From Bacteroidales bacterium (GTDB taxonomy: Bacteria > Bacteroidota > Bacteroidia > Bacteroidales > WCHB1-69): a stretch of 64,000 nt of DNA. The position numbers and the translations under genes were made by a program. This document shows positions 45,857 through 54,179 of the stretch, piece by piece (positions within the stretch are counted from its first letter, which is position 1; the number at the start of each line of letters is the position of its first letter). The notes beneath the pieces were generated by a model that saw only the letters and a list, made by a program, of their open reading frames with translations, did no database searches and was not told the DNA's origin. The stretch is taken from positions 1,016 to 65,015 of the forward strand of contig JAGCGA010000033.1 of the NCBI GenBank assembly GCA_017649855.1. The letters run 5' to 3'.

Positions 45857-47455
45857 CTATTCGGTTTTATCGCTTTCGGTACTCGGAATGTTCCAAAGCA
45901 CGATCTCGTCCATATTGGAATTGTAATAGTGATGCTCCAGCAGATGGTAGCTCTGGTTGGCGACCAGCTTGATGCGCTTCTTATATTTGAATCTCCACTT
46001 GGTCAGGACAGAGGGAAAACCATGTTTCAGGAAAGCGTGCACGAAGGGGTGCACCATCACGGTCACCTTCGACTCCTGTTGTTTTTCAAAGAGGAATTCC
46101 AGGGTATTGTCAATTTCATCCTCAATCAGGATGGCGGGTTTCACCTTGCCGGTACCTTTGCAGGTCGGACACTGTTCGGTCGTCTCGATGATGGTGGCCT
46201 GACGCACGCGCTGACGCGTGATCTCCATCACACAGAACTTGTTGAGAGGCAATATGGTATGTTTGGCCTTGTCGTTTTTCATAAACTCCTGCATCGCCTT
46301 GTACAGTCCAGACTTGTGTTGAGCCGTGTGCAAGTCCACAAAGTCGATGGTGATGATGCCGCCCATATCCCGGAGACGCAGTTGCCGTGCGATCTCGGCT
46401 GCGGCTATCATATTGGTGTTCATCGCATTGTCTTCGGGCGACTGGTTCGACTTCAAGCGGTTGCCGCTGTTGACGTCGATCACATGCATCGCCTCGGTAT
46501 GTTCGATGATCAGATATACCCCACTCTTCACGGTCACCACCTTGCCAAAGGAGCCTTTGATCTGCTTGGCGACGTTGAAATGTTCGAAGATGGGTTGTTT
46601 GTCATTATACAGTTTGATGATGCCTTCCTGTGCGGGCGAATAGGTATGCACGTAGCTTTTCACCTCGTTGAAGACATCCTGTGTGTCAATGTAAATGGCG
46701 CTGAAGGAGTCGTTGAGCATCTCCCGCAAGAGCGAAGAGACGCAGTCGCTTTCTTGCGACAGGCAGGCGCCGGACTTGGCGGTGAAGAGGTTCTCCACGG
46801 TGGTGTCCCACTTGTAGCGGAGCTTGTCCAGGTCGGAGGTCAGCTCTTCCGCCGACTTATGTTCCGCGACGGTGCGGATGATGATGCCGAAGTTGCGGGG
46901 TTTGATGCCCTGCACGATGCTGCGCAGCCGTTTGCGTTCCGCGGTGCTGCGGATCTTCTGGGAGATGGAGACCTTGTCGCCAAAGGGCACCAGCACCAGA
47001 TAGCGGCCAGCGAAGGAGATCTCCGTGGTGATACGCGGGCCCTTGGTGGAGATGGGCTCTTTGGCCACCTGCACCATCAATAGCTGACCGGAGGTGATGA
47101 CATCCCCGATCTTCCCGTTCTTGGGTACCTCTTCCAAATACTGTACCCTACTGATACTCCGCTTGCCCGTGGTGATAGCCTGACTGACAAAGGCATTGGT
47201 CGTGCGCGCATGAATGCCCAAATCCAAATAGTGGAGAAAGGCATCCTTTTCACTGCCGATATCCACAAAGGCGGCATTCAGTCCCGGCATGATCTTCCGG
47301 ACTTTGCCTACATAAATATTGCCTACAGAGAACTTCGCCGTTGACTTCTCCGTGTGTATCTCCATCAACTTCTTATCCTCTAACAGAGCCACCTGCACCT
47401 CTTGATCGTGCGTGGTGATAATCAGCTCTTTAGAAATTTCTGTAGTCTCTTCCAT
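45857..47455 (-). CDS. rng: ribonuclease G/E family endoribonuclease
   Basis: It has an S1 domain (GNIYVGKVRKIMPGLNAAFVDIG), the DNase-I-like segment GGIITIDFVD and the zinc link CPTCKGTG. Confidence 0.85.
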   Translation of the reverse strand: MEETTEISKELIITTHDQEVQVALLEDKKLMEIHTEKSTAKFSVGNIYVGKVRKIMPGLNAAFVDIGSEKDAFLHYLDLGIHARTTNAFVSQAITTGKRSISRVQYLEEVPKNGKIGDVITSGQLLMVQVAKEPISTKGPRITTEISFAGRYLVLVPFGDKVSISQKIRSTAERKRLRSIVQGIKPRNFGIIIRTVAEHKSAEELTSDLDKLRYKWDTTVENLFTAKSGACLSQESDCVSSLLREMLNDSFSAIYIDTQDVFNEVKSYVHTYSPAQEGIIKLYNDKQPIFEHFNVAKQIKGSFGKVVTVKSGVYLIIEHTEAMHVIDVNSGNRLKSNQSPEDNAMNTNMIAAAEIARQLRLRDMGGIITIDFVDLHTAQHKSGLYKAMQEFMKNDKAKHTILPLNKFCVMEITRQRVRQATIIETTEQCPTCKGTGKVKPAILIEDEIDNTLEFLFEKQQESKVTVMVHPFVHAFLKHGFPSVLTKWRFKYKKRIKLVANQSYHLLEHHYYNSNMDEIVLWNIPSTESDKTE

Positions 47456-47471
47456 ATTTTTCTATAAAACA

Positions 47472-47511
47472 ATGAAAACTAAATAAAACGGGTGTTTTAT
47501 TTAGTTTTCAT
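47472..47511 (-). other. perfect 18-bp hairpin in the rng leader
   Basis: atgaaaactaaataaaac gggt gttttatttagttttcat forms a perfect 18-bp stem. It ends 17 nt upstream of the rng ATG at 47455. Confidence 0.8.
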
Positions 47512-47533
47512 CGAAATTTTAACTCATAAAAGA

Positions 47534-47623
47534 TTATTTGTTTTTATGTCTGTTCTTTCTGAGACGTTTTTTTCTTTTATGAGTCGACATTTTATGTCTT
47601 TTTCTCTTTTTTCCACTTGGCAT
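47534..47623 (-). CDS. 29-aa highly basic peptide, bS22-like small ribosomal protein candidate
   Basis: The minus strand encodes ATG..TAA: MPSGKKRKRHKMSTHKRKKRLRKNRHKNK*. It is too short for the ORF track. The pattern resembles the mycobacterial/Bacteroidota bS22 family (KKR.KRMSKKKHRKLL.R.R). Confidence 0.55.
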   Translation of the reverse strand: MPSGKKRKRHKMSTHKRKKRLRKNRHKNK

Positions 47624-47650
47624 AGTTGAATGGATTTTATGTGTTAATGA

Positions 47651-47932
47651 TTATTTGGAATTCTTTACTGCATTAACGAAAGTCTTGCACGGTTTGAATG
47701 CAGGAATATTGTGAGCAGGAATAGTGATGGTCTTAGCTTTGGAGATATCACGAGCAGTCTTCTGAGCTCTTTCCTTAATAATAAAACTACCAAAACCTCT
47801 CAAGTAAACGTTTTCACCGCCTACCATAGAGTTCTTCACGCTATCCATAAATTTTTCAACGATAGTTTGAACACTTGCTTTGTCCATTCCGGTCTTGCCG
47901 GCAATGTCATTCACGATATCAGCTTTTGTCAT
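47651..47932 (-). CDS. hup: HU family DNA-binding protein
   Basis: The internal Met gives MTKADIVNDIAGKTGMDKASVQTIVEKFMDSV...GFGSFIIKERAQKTARDISKAKTITIPAHNIPAFKP, a canonical HU. The -7 box at 47982-47975 excludes the upstream Met in the track. Confidence 0.9.
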   Translation of the reverse strand: MTKADIVNDIAGKTGMDKASVQTIVEKFMDSVKNSMVGGENVYLRGFGSFIIKERAQKTARDISKAKTITIPAHNIPAFKPCKTFVNAVKNSK

Positions 47933-47974
47933 AGTACTTATTTTTAATTGTTTAAACAAATATTTTTGGAACGG

Positions 47975-47982
47975 CAAAAATA
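47975..47982 (-). promoter_or_regulatory. -7 promoter box TATTTTTG for the HU gene
   Basis: The minus strand reads TATTTTTG, about 43 nt upstream of the ATG at 47932. Confidence 0.45.
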
Positions 47983-48124
47983 CAAATAATTTGTTCTAAT
48001 TCTTCACCTTACGGATTTTTTTTTCAAAAAATCGATTATCACCATTAAATAGTGGGTTTTTCAGCCATCCAGGCCAGGGCCTACCAGGCCTGGAAACGAC
48101 AATATTCTTTAATTAATCAGCGAG

Positions 48125-48955
48125 TTAATAGATTTTTTCTGCCACTTTAGACGCCAAACGGCTAGCCCCGATGCGGAAGAGATTCCGGTTCATCCATTCT
48201 TGTCCCAGCACATTATGGAGCAGCTTGACATAATAGACTGCCGTGTCGGGATCGGAGATACCGCCTGCGGCCTTGATGCCGACCCGCTTGCCGGTGTTCT
48301 GGTAATGGAACTTGATGGCGTCCATCATCACCAGAAAGGCCTCGGGGGTGGCATTGACCGCAATCTTGCCGGTGGATGTCTTGATAAAGTCGGCCCCGGC
48401 GGCGATGGCGATCTGGGAGGCCTTGAAGATGTTCTGGGGCGTCTTCAGCTCGCCGGTCTCCAGGATCACCTTCAGCTTGGCTTCGCGACAAGCGTCCCGG
48501 ATAGCCAGTATCTCGTCATAGACCGTCTGGTAGTCACCCTTCAGGAACGTCCCCCGGGAGATGACCATGTCGATCTCGTCTGCGCCCTGCGCTACAGCAT
48601 AACGCACCTCGGCCACCTTGACCTCGATGGGCGACTGCCCCGCGGGGAAGGCACCCGCCACGGAGGCTACCGTGATGGGATTGCGCTGCAGCGCCTCCAC
48701 CGCAGTGTGCACATAGGGAGGATAGACACAGACCGCCGCCGGCATACAGCCCGCCTGCTTTTTGAAATCCAGAGCTTTCTGGCATAGCGCCTGCACCACC
48801 TGCTCATTATCAGTCCCCTCCAAGGTGGTCAGGTCGATGCTGGAAAGGATAAAACGGTACAGCTCCGGCTCCGGCATGGGAAGCGGACGATGATGTACAA
48901 TATTCAAACGGTCTTCGATTTGTTCGGTCCTATACGGATAATTCTCGATATTCAT
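48125..48955 (-). CDS. deoC: deoxyribose-phosphate aldolase (long form)
   Basis: It has SIDLTTLEG, DMVISRG, KVILETGEL and the Schiff-base lysine context FIKTSTGK. Confidence 0.85.
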   Translation of the reverse strand: MNIENYPYRTEQIEDRLNIVHHRPLPMPEPELYRFILSSIDLTTLEGTDNEQVVQALCQKALDFKKQAGCMPAAVCVYPPYVHTAVEALQRNPITVASVAGAFPAGQSPIEVKVAEVRYAVAQGADEIDMVISRGTFLKGDYQTVYDEILAIRDACREAKLKVILETGELKTPQNIFKASQIAIAAGADFIKTSTGKIAVNATPEAFLVMMDAIKFHYQNTGKRVGIKAAGGISDPDTAVYYVKLLHNVLGQEWMNRNLFRIGASRLASKVAEKIY

Positions 48956-48970
48956 GATAATGTTGACAAT

Positions 48971-50068
48971 TTATAGCGTTGATTGGGATTCTTTCTTTTT
49001 AAAACGGTCGATGGCCACTTTCAAGGAGAAGATGTGGGAGTATTGGGCAATGGAGAGATTGCCGAGATCGGTGAAGGCATAGTCGATGGAGACGATATTC
49101 TTGATGCAGACGCCGAGGCCCAAGTTGATTTGGAGGGTAATCCTGTTCCGTCCGTCAAAGTCGGGTTCCCACTGGAAGTTGCCGATGCCGGCGCGCAAGG
49201 CGACGATCTTCTTGTAGGCAAACTCCACGCCCAGATGCGGGTCAATGCTGAGCACATTGCTCCGTATCAGCGTATTGCGTTTACCGTCAAAGGTGCAATC
49301 GAAATCCAGGGCCACGGTCCCGTTGAAGCCCTTGCCCATCTCGAAACGCTTGGCGCCGCCCAAAAGGAGTTTGGGGATCGTCAGCTCCAGGCCGTTTTCA
49401 GGGATCTCGTTGCCCGTCTCCTCAAACACCTGCATCACCTCGTCGGAGAGCTGATAGCGCCACGCATTGAAGGTGGAGGTGCCGTCGCGCAGCATGGCTC
49501 CGGCCTGCCATCCCTTATTATTATATTGTAGGCCGAAGTCGAGGCCGAAGCCCCACGCCCGGGCGAACTTGCCGATGCCGCGAGTGATGATCTTGGCATT
49601 GGCACCCACGGAAAGACCTTGCACCTTGGCAAAGTTGTAGGCATAACTCAACAGGATGGCATTGTCGGCAGCAGAGAAATAGGTGATGCGGTCATAGTCA
49701 ACATTCCCTTGAGCATCAATCAGTTCGGTGGTGTTCATGATATTGTCCACCCCAAAACGGATGTAGGAGAGCGCCACCGTATTGCGGTCATCGATCTTGA
49801 AGCCGAAGCCGGCATAGTCGTATTTGGAGATGCCGGCGAAGTATTCGGCGTGCATCAGCGACAGTTCATAACGCTTGTCCATGCGGCTCAGGCCGGCAGG
49901 ATTCCAGTAGGCTGCCGTAACATCATCGGCGATGGCGGTCATGGTGTTAGCCATGGCCAGGCCGCGCGCCCCGATGCCCAACGAGAGGAACTCGTTGCTA
50001 TACTTGTTCTGTGCAGATCCGAGGAAGGCACCGAGCAAGAAGGCCGTAGCTATCAGTATCTTTTTCAT
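48971..50068 (-). CDS. PorV/PorQ-like outer-membrane beta-barrel protein (T9SS-associated family)
   Basis: It has a signal peptide, and the N-terminal segment LSLGIGARGLAMANTMTAIADDVTAAYWNPAGL is typical of PorV/PorQ/FadL-like barrels. Confidence 0.5.
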   Translation of the reverse strand: MKKILIATAFLLGAFLGSAQNKYSNEFLSLGIGARGLAMANTMTAIADDVTAAYWNPAGLSRMDKRYELSLMHAEYFAGISKYDYAGFGFKIDDRNTVALSYIRFGVDNIMNTTELIDAQGNVDYDRITYFSAADNAILLSYAYNFAKVQGLSVGANAKIITRGIGKFARAWGFGLDFGLQYNNKGWQAGAMLRDGTSTFNAWRYQLSDEVMQVFEETGNEIPENGLELTIPKLLLGGAKRFEMGKGFNGTVALDFDCTFDGKRNTLIRSNVLSIDPHLGVEFAYKKIVALRAGIGNFQWEPDFDGRNRITLQINLGLGVCIKNIVSIDYAFTDLGNLSIAQYSHIFSLKVAIDRFKKKESQSTL

Positions 50069-51238
50069 TTATTCTTTGGGTTTCTTGTTTTTAGCATACT
50101 CTCTTCGATCGCCATCAAAGAGTTCATACCCCTGAAAACGGCACTCAATAGCACCGTTGAAGAGGGTTTTCTTAAGAGAGGGACGTAGTCCTATGGCATT
50201 GAGAGCGTCCTTGTCGGAGCTGATGACAAAGGCACGACAGCCTGCATAGCGGTGTTTCAGGGTGGTGCCTATGCTTGCATACAGTTCTTGCAGGTCTCTC
50301 ACTTGAAGTCGCTCGCCGTAGGGAGGGTTCATCATCACCAGCGCGGGCGTGCGAGCAGGCTTCGTGTCGGCCATGTCTTTACGCTCCAGCGTGACAAAAT
50401 CCTGAAGTCTGGCTTTGATGACATTCGTCTCGGCGATATCGAGGAAACGGCCGTTGATATCCGATCCATAGAAGTTGACGGGCACATCCTCGCGAATTTT
50501 CGCCTCTCTACGGACAGACTTCCACAAATCGCTATCGAAGTTCTTCCAATGCATGAAGCCATAGTCGCGGCGATAGAATCCGGCGGGGATATTCAGGGCG
50601 CGCATGGCAGCCTCCACGAGCAGCGTACCACCCCCGCACATCGGGTCGATAAAGTCACACTCGCCATGCCAACCGGAAAGCTGAATCATGGCAGCACCCA
50701 CCACCTCGTTGATGGGGGCGGGATGGTTGCTCACCTTATAACCGCGCTTGTGCAGCGACTCGCCGGAGCTGTCCACGAAGAGCTGGGCCTCGTTCCGGTA
50801 GATGTGGAGCGTGAACTGCACATCGGGATCTTCCTTGTCCACGGAGGGACGTATCCCATACAGATCCCGAAAACGGTCGCAGATCGCGTCCTTGGCCAGC
50901 AAGGCGGCAAAGAGCGGGGTCTTGAAGATGGTGTCAGACATCGTGGCATGCACCACCATAGTGCCGTCTTCCCGCAGGAACTGCTCCGCGGGGAAGTTGA
51001 AGATCTGGTCGTAGAACTGACGGTTGTTGACGAAGGTAAATTTGCTCTGACGCCACAAGATACGCAAGGCGGTACGACAGAAATAGTTGGCGCGGTACAT
51101 CATCGCCATGTCACCCTCAAAGGCCACCGCCCGGCTCATAATCTGGCAGTTCCGGGCGCCTAAGGCGGTCAGTTCCTCCGCCAGCAGGGGCTCCAAATTG
51201 GCAAACGTCTTCGCAATAAAATATTCGGTCTTTTCCAT
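50069..51238 (-). CDS. THUMP-domain class I SAM-dependent RNA methyltransferase (RlmL/K-like)
   Basis: It has motif I DPMCGGGTL and the catalytic motif MNPPYGERL. The start is set at the ATG at 51238 (MEKTEYF) because a -7 box at 51261-51254 overlaps the track's Met at 51256. Confidence 0.8.
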   Translation of the reverse strand: MEKTEYFIAKTFANLEPLLAEELTALGARNCQIMSRAVAFEGDMAMMYRANYFCRTALRILWRQSKFTFVNNRQFYDQIFNFPAEQFLREDGTMVVHATMSDTIFKTPLFAALLAKDAICDRFRDLYGIRPSVDKEDPDVQFTLHIYRNEAQLFVDSSGESLHKRGYKVSNHPAPINEVVGAAMIQLSGWHGECDFIDPMCGGGTLLVEAAMRALNIPAGFYRRDYGFMHWKNFDSDLWKSVRREAKIREDVPVNFYGSDINGRFLDIAETNVIKARLQDFVTLERKDMADTKPARTPALVMMNPPYGERLQVRDLQELYASIGTTLKHRYAGCRAFVISSDKDALNAIGLRPSLKKTLFNGAIECRFQGYELFDGDRREYAKNKKPKE

Positions 51239-51253
51239 AATTCGAAACGGCCG

Positions 51254-51261
51254 CAAATATA
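51254..51261 (-). promoter_or_regulatory. -7 promoter box TATATTTG
   Basis: The minus strand reads TATATTTG, about 16 nt upstream of the ATG at 51238. Confidence 0.4.
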
Positions 51262-51390
51262 CACAAATTTCAGATATATGCCGACAGCAGAAATTGCCCC
51301 TGAACCATCGTGTCCATCGGCTCCGCCATTTCCGATCGAAAACGGGGACACCCTCCTGTATTTTTTCATTTCAACTTTTCATTTTTTTGT

Positions 51391-51398
51391 TATTTTTG
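51391..51398 (+). promoter_or_regulatory. -7 promoter box TATTTTTG
   Basis: It lies about 28 nt upstream of the NUDIX ATG at 51426. Confidence 0.45.
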
Positions 51399-51425
51399 CG
51401 CTTGTTCTGAATTTAGAAGCATAAT

Positions 51426-51854
51426 ATGTGTAAATCACAACAATATACGATAATAGAGGCTGCCGGCGGCATTGTGAAGAATGAAAACGATGAAATCCTG
51501 ATGATTTTCCGTCGGGAGAAATGGGATTTCCCGAAAGGCAAGGTCGAGGACGGCGAATCGTGGGAGGAGGCCGCCTTGCGGGAGGTCAAGGAGGAGACTG
51601 GCGTACAGGGCCTTCAGCTGGGGGAGGCACTGCCCATGACGGAGCACACCTACACGCTGGAGGGCACGCCCATCCTCAAGCACACCCACTGGTATCGCAT
51701 GAGCGCCCCCAAGCAGGCACTCGCGCCCCAGACGGAAGAAGATATAGCCCAAGCCCTTTGGATTCCCCAAGCGCAAGTGGCAAGTCTTCTGGAAGAGAAC
51801 TCCTTCCCTACCCTCATCCGGTTATGGCAAAATTATACCAAAAACAATGAGTAA
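51426..51854 (+). CDS. NUDIX hydrolase
   Basis: It has the Nudix box GKVEDGESWEEAALREVKEETGV. Confidence 0.8.
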   Translation: MCKSQQYTIIEAAGGIVKNENDEILMIFRREKWDFPKGKVEDGESWEEAALREVKEETGVQGLQLGEALPMTEHTYTLEGTPILKHTHWYRMSAPKQALAPQTEEDIAQALWIPQAQVASLLEENSFPTLIRLWQNYTKNNE

Positions 51855-53280
51855 TCCGCATCAACACATAAAACACCTCTTCACCCTGTTCGTGGTGCTC
51901 TTCGCGAGCACGCTGTCCGGGCAGAATGTCTCCGGCTATTGGGAGGGACAACTCAAGGTGATGGGAGACTCCCTGACCATTGGTGTCTTTGTGGAGCAAG
52001 GCGACACTCTCCTGGTGGAACTGGACAGTCCCGACCAATATGCCTTCCAGATTCCAGCCACCCTTGCGACCTTGAAAGACAGTGTATTGAAGTGGACCAT
52101 CGCTTCGCTGGCCGCTTCATACGAAGGCAAGCTTTCAAAAGACGGGCAGCGCATCGAGGGCACCTTCAAGCAAGGGGGCTCCTTCCCGCTGACCCTATAT
52201 GCCGGGCACTCGCGCAAAAAGTTGAACCGCCCGCAGGAGCCGAAGCCCCCCTACCCATACAGCGAAGAAGAGATCAGCATCAAAGAGCCCCAGGGACGTT
52301 ACGACTATGTGACGGGCACGCTGACAATGCCAGCCACACCCGCCAAGGCGCTGGTCATCCTCATCTCCGGCTCCGGCTGGCAAGACCGCGACGAGAGCAT
52401 CTTTGCTCACAAGCCCTTCAAGGTGATTGCCGACGCCCTGACGCGCGACGGCTATGCCGTCTATCGCTACGACGACCTGCCCAAAGCAGTATTCCAGAAT
52501 GCCACCACGCTGGACTTCGCCGACGTGGTCAACAGAATCCGAGACACCCTCAGCCAACATCCGGCCCTGCGGCATATACCCGTGGGACTGCTTGGCCATA
52601 GCGAAGGCAGTCTGGTGGCCTACATCGTCGACAACAAACGTCCCGTGGACTTTATCATCACCATGGGCGGGGTGGCACAGCCCATCCGACAGATCCTGTG
52701 CTACCAGAATGCAGCCATCGCCATGGCCAACGGGTACACCTGCGAGGAGGCCACCCAGAGCACGACCGAATCCGACCGCCTCTACGCCATCGTGGAGAAA
52801 GCCCCCACCCGCGAGAAGGCCATGGAACGGATGAGGAAATATCTCGAAAGAGGTGGCGTGCGCCGGACGGCCAAGTCATTGGGTTTCAACCCCAACCAAC
52901 TCCAGCACCAGGCCATCCAGACCCTCTGCTCCCCCTGGTTCTACACGCTCTTCCATCTGGACCCCAAGCCCTACCTCCAGCATCTCTCCTGCCCCTTCCT
53001 CGCCATCAACGGCCAACTGGACCTGCAGGTGGAGGCAGGCCAATCCGTCAGACTGATGCGGCAGTACCTTGACCCGAAATCATACAAGAATCCTTACTCC
53101 TTTTACGATGCGCCCTTGGCATACCACACCTACCGCATCATCCCCTCTGCCAACCATCTGCTGCAGACCTGCAAGACTGGTTCGCCTAACGAATACGGAG
53201 AAATTGAGGAGACCATCAAACCGGAAGTGTTACAACTTATGACCGATTGGCTCAACCATATCCTCAATCATTATTATTAA
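51847..53280 (+). CDS. secreted alpha/beta-hydrolase fold protein
   Basis: It has a signal peptide, the nucleophile elbow GHSEGS and a late SANHLL histidine context. It overlaps the NUDIX gene by 8 nt. Confidence 0.6.
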   Translation: MSNPHQHIKHLFTLFVVLFASTLSGQNVSGYWEGQLKVMGDSLTIGVFVEQGDTLLVELDSPDQYAFQIPATLATLKDSVLKWTIASLAASYEGKLSKDGQRIEGTFKQGGSFPLTLYAGHSRKKLNRPQEPKPPYPYSEEEISIKEPQGRYDYVTGTLTMPATPAKALVILISGSGWQDRDESIFAHKPFKVIADALTRDGYAVYRYDDLPKAVFQNATTLDFADVVNRIRDTLSQHPALRHIPVGLLGHSEGSLVAYIVDNKRPVDFIITMGGVAQPIRQILCYQNAAIAMANGYTCEEATQSTTESDRLYAIVEKAPTREKAMERMRKYLERGGVRRTAKSLGFNPNQLQHQAIQTLCSPWFYTLFHLDPKPYLQHLSCPFLAINGQLDLQVEAGQSVRLMRQYLDPKSYKNPYSFYDAPLAYHTYRIIPSANHLLQTCKTGSPNEYGEIEETIKPEVLQLMTDWLNHILNHYY

Positions 53281-53313
53281 AATCATATTATTAACATCTA
53301 AAATATTTTCACA

Positions 53314-54171
53314 ATGGATTTATCAGGAAGAAGAGAAAGTACAAATGTGGACGACAGACGTGGCTCTGCCGGCACCAAAGTTGGCATCGGATGCGGCGGT
53401 ATCATCCTCATCGTCATCATCTCCTTGCTTATGGGCAAGAATCCCATGGAATTACTGCAACGGGTTGGCCAACAACAACAATCACAAACGGAGGCTACCA
53501 CGCACGTGGCCTCCGCGGAGGAAGACTCCCTAGCCGTTTTCACCAAGAAGATCCTGGCCGGCACCGAGGACATCTGGACCGAAGAGTTCCGCAAGATCGG
53601 CAAGACCTACCAGCCCCCGAAGTTGGTCCTGTTCACCAACAGCGTTCAGTCTGGCTGCGGTAACGCCAACTCTTCCGTGGGTCCCTTCTACTGCTCTGCG
53701 GACCAGACCGTCTATATCGACCTCTCCTTCTTTATGAATATGAAGAAACAAATCGGGGCCGATGGCGACTTCGCCTACGCCTACGTCATCGCCCATGAAG
53801 TCGGCCACCATGTGCAGAACCAACTCGGCATCCTCAATGCTGCGCACCAGAAGATGGCCCAAGTCAGCAAGACGGAGAGCAACAAGATCAGCGTATGCCT
53901 GGAGTTGCAAGCCGACTACTTCGCAGGTGTCTGGGCACACCACGACAACAACCGTTTCAAATCCCTGGAGGACGGCGATATTGAAGAGGGCCTGAATGTC
54001 GCTTCCAAGATCGGTGACGACTACCTGCAAAAGCAGGCATACGGCTACACCGTACCGGAGAGCTTCAACCACGGCACCTCTGCACAACGTGCCCGCTGGC
54101 TGAAGAAAGGCCTCACCACGGGCGACATCAAGGGTGGCGACACCTTCTCGGTAGGATATAACAACCTATAG
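53314..54171 (+). CDS. YpfJ-family neutral zinc metallopeptidase
   Basis: The N-terminus is GRRESTNVDDRRG, followed by a TM segment, FYC..D..VYIDL and AHEVGHHVQN. Confidence 0.8.
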   Translation: MDLSGRRESTNVDDRRGSAGTKVGIGCGGIILIVIISLLMGKNPMELLQRVGQQQQSQTEATTHVASAEEDSLAVFTKKILAGTEDIWTEEFRKIGKTYQPPKLVLFTNSVQSGCGNANSSVGPFYCSADQTVYIDLSFFMNMKKQIGADGDFAYAYVIAHEVGHHVQNQLGILNAAHQKMAQVSKTESNKISVCLELQADYFAGVWAHHDNNRFKSLEDGDIEEGLNVASKIGDDYLQKQAYGYTVPESFNHGTSAQRARWLKKGLTTGDIKGGDTFSVGYNNL

Positions 54172-54179
54172 TCTCTACG

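Noticed and set aside
16216-47083. Many long ORFs antisense to, or overlapping, the called core genes. Examples are 16216-17031(-), 18196-18954(+), 20363-21610(+), 21695-22867(+), 22895-24763(+), 26144-27007(-), 28588-29379(-), 33062-34045(-), 42822-44066(+), 44315-45364(+), 45929-47083(+), and beyond this span 61062-62459(+).
   Set aside because: They lie opposite genes with unmistakable family motifs. Their translations are low-complexity and rich in G/A/R/H/D/V, as expected for stop-poor antisense frames in GC-rich DNA. They lack signal peptides or recognisable motifs.
47961-47968. A plus-strand TATTTTTG box as a promoter.
   Set aside because: No plus-strand gene follows it. The next features, deoC and the genes beyond it, are on the minus strand. 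It is probably a chance match in AT-rich spacer next to the real minus-strand HU promoter.
48070-48100. The hairpin ccaggccagggcctaccaggcctgg downstream of deoC as a clean intrinsic terminator.
   Set aside because: The stem is plausible, but no U-run follows it on the minus strand. I leave it unannotated as uncertain.
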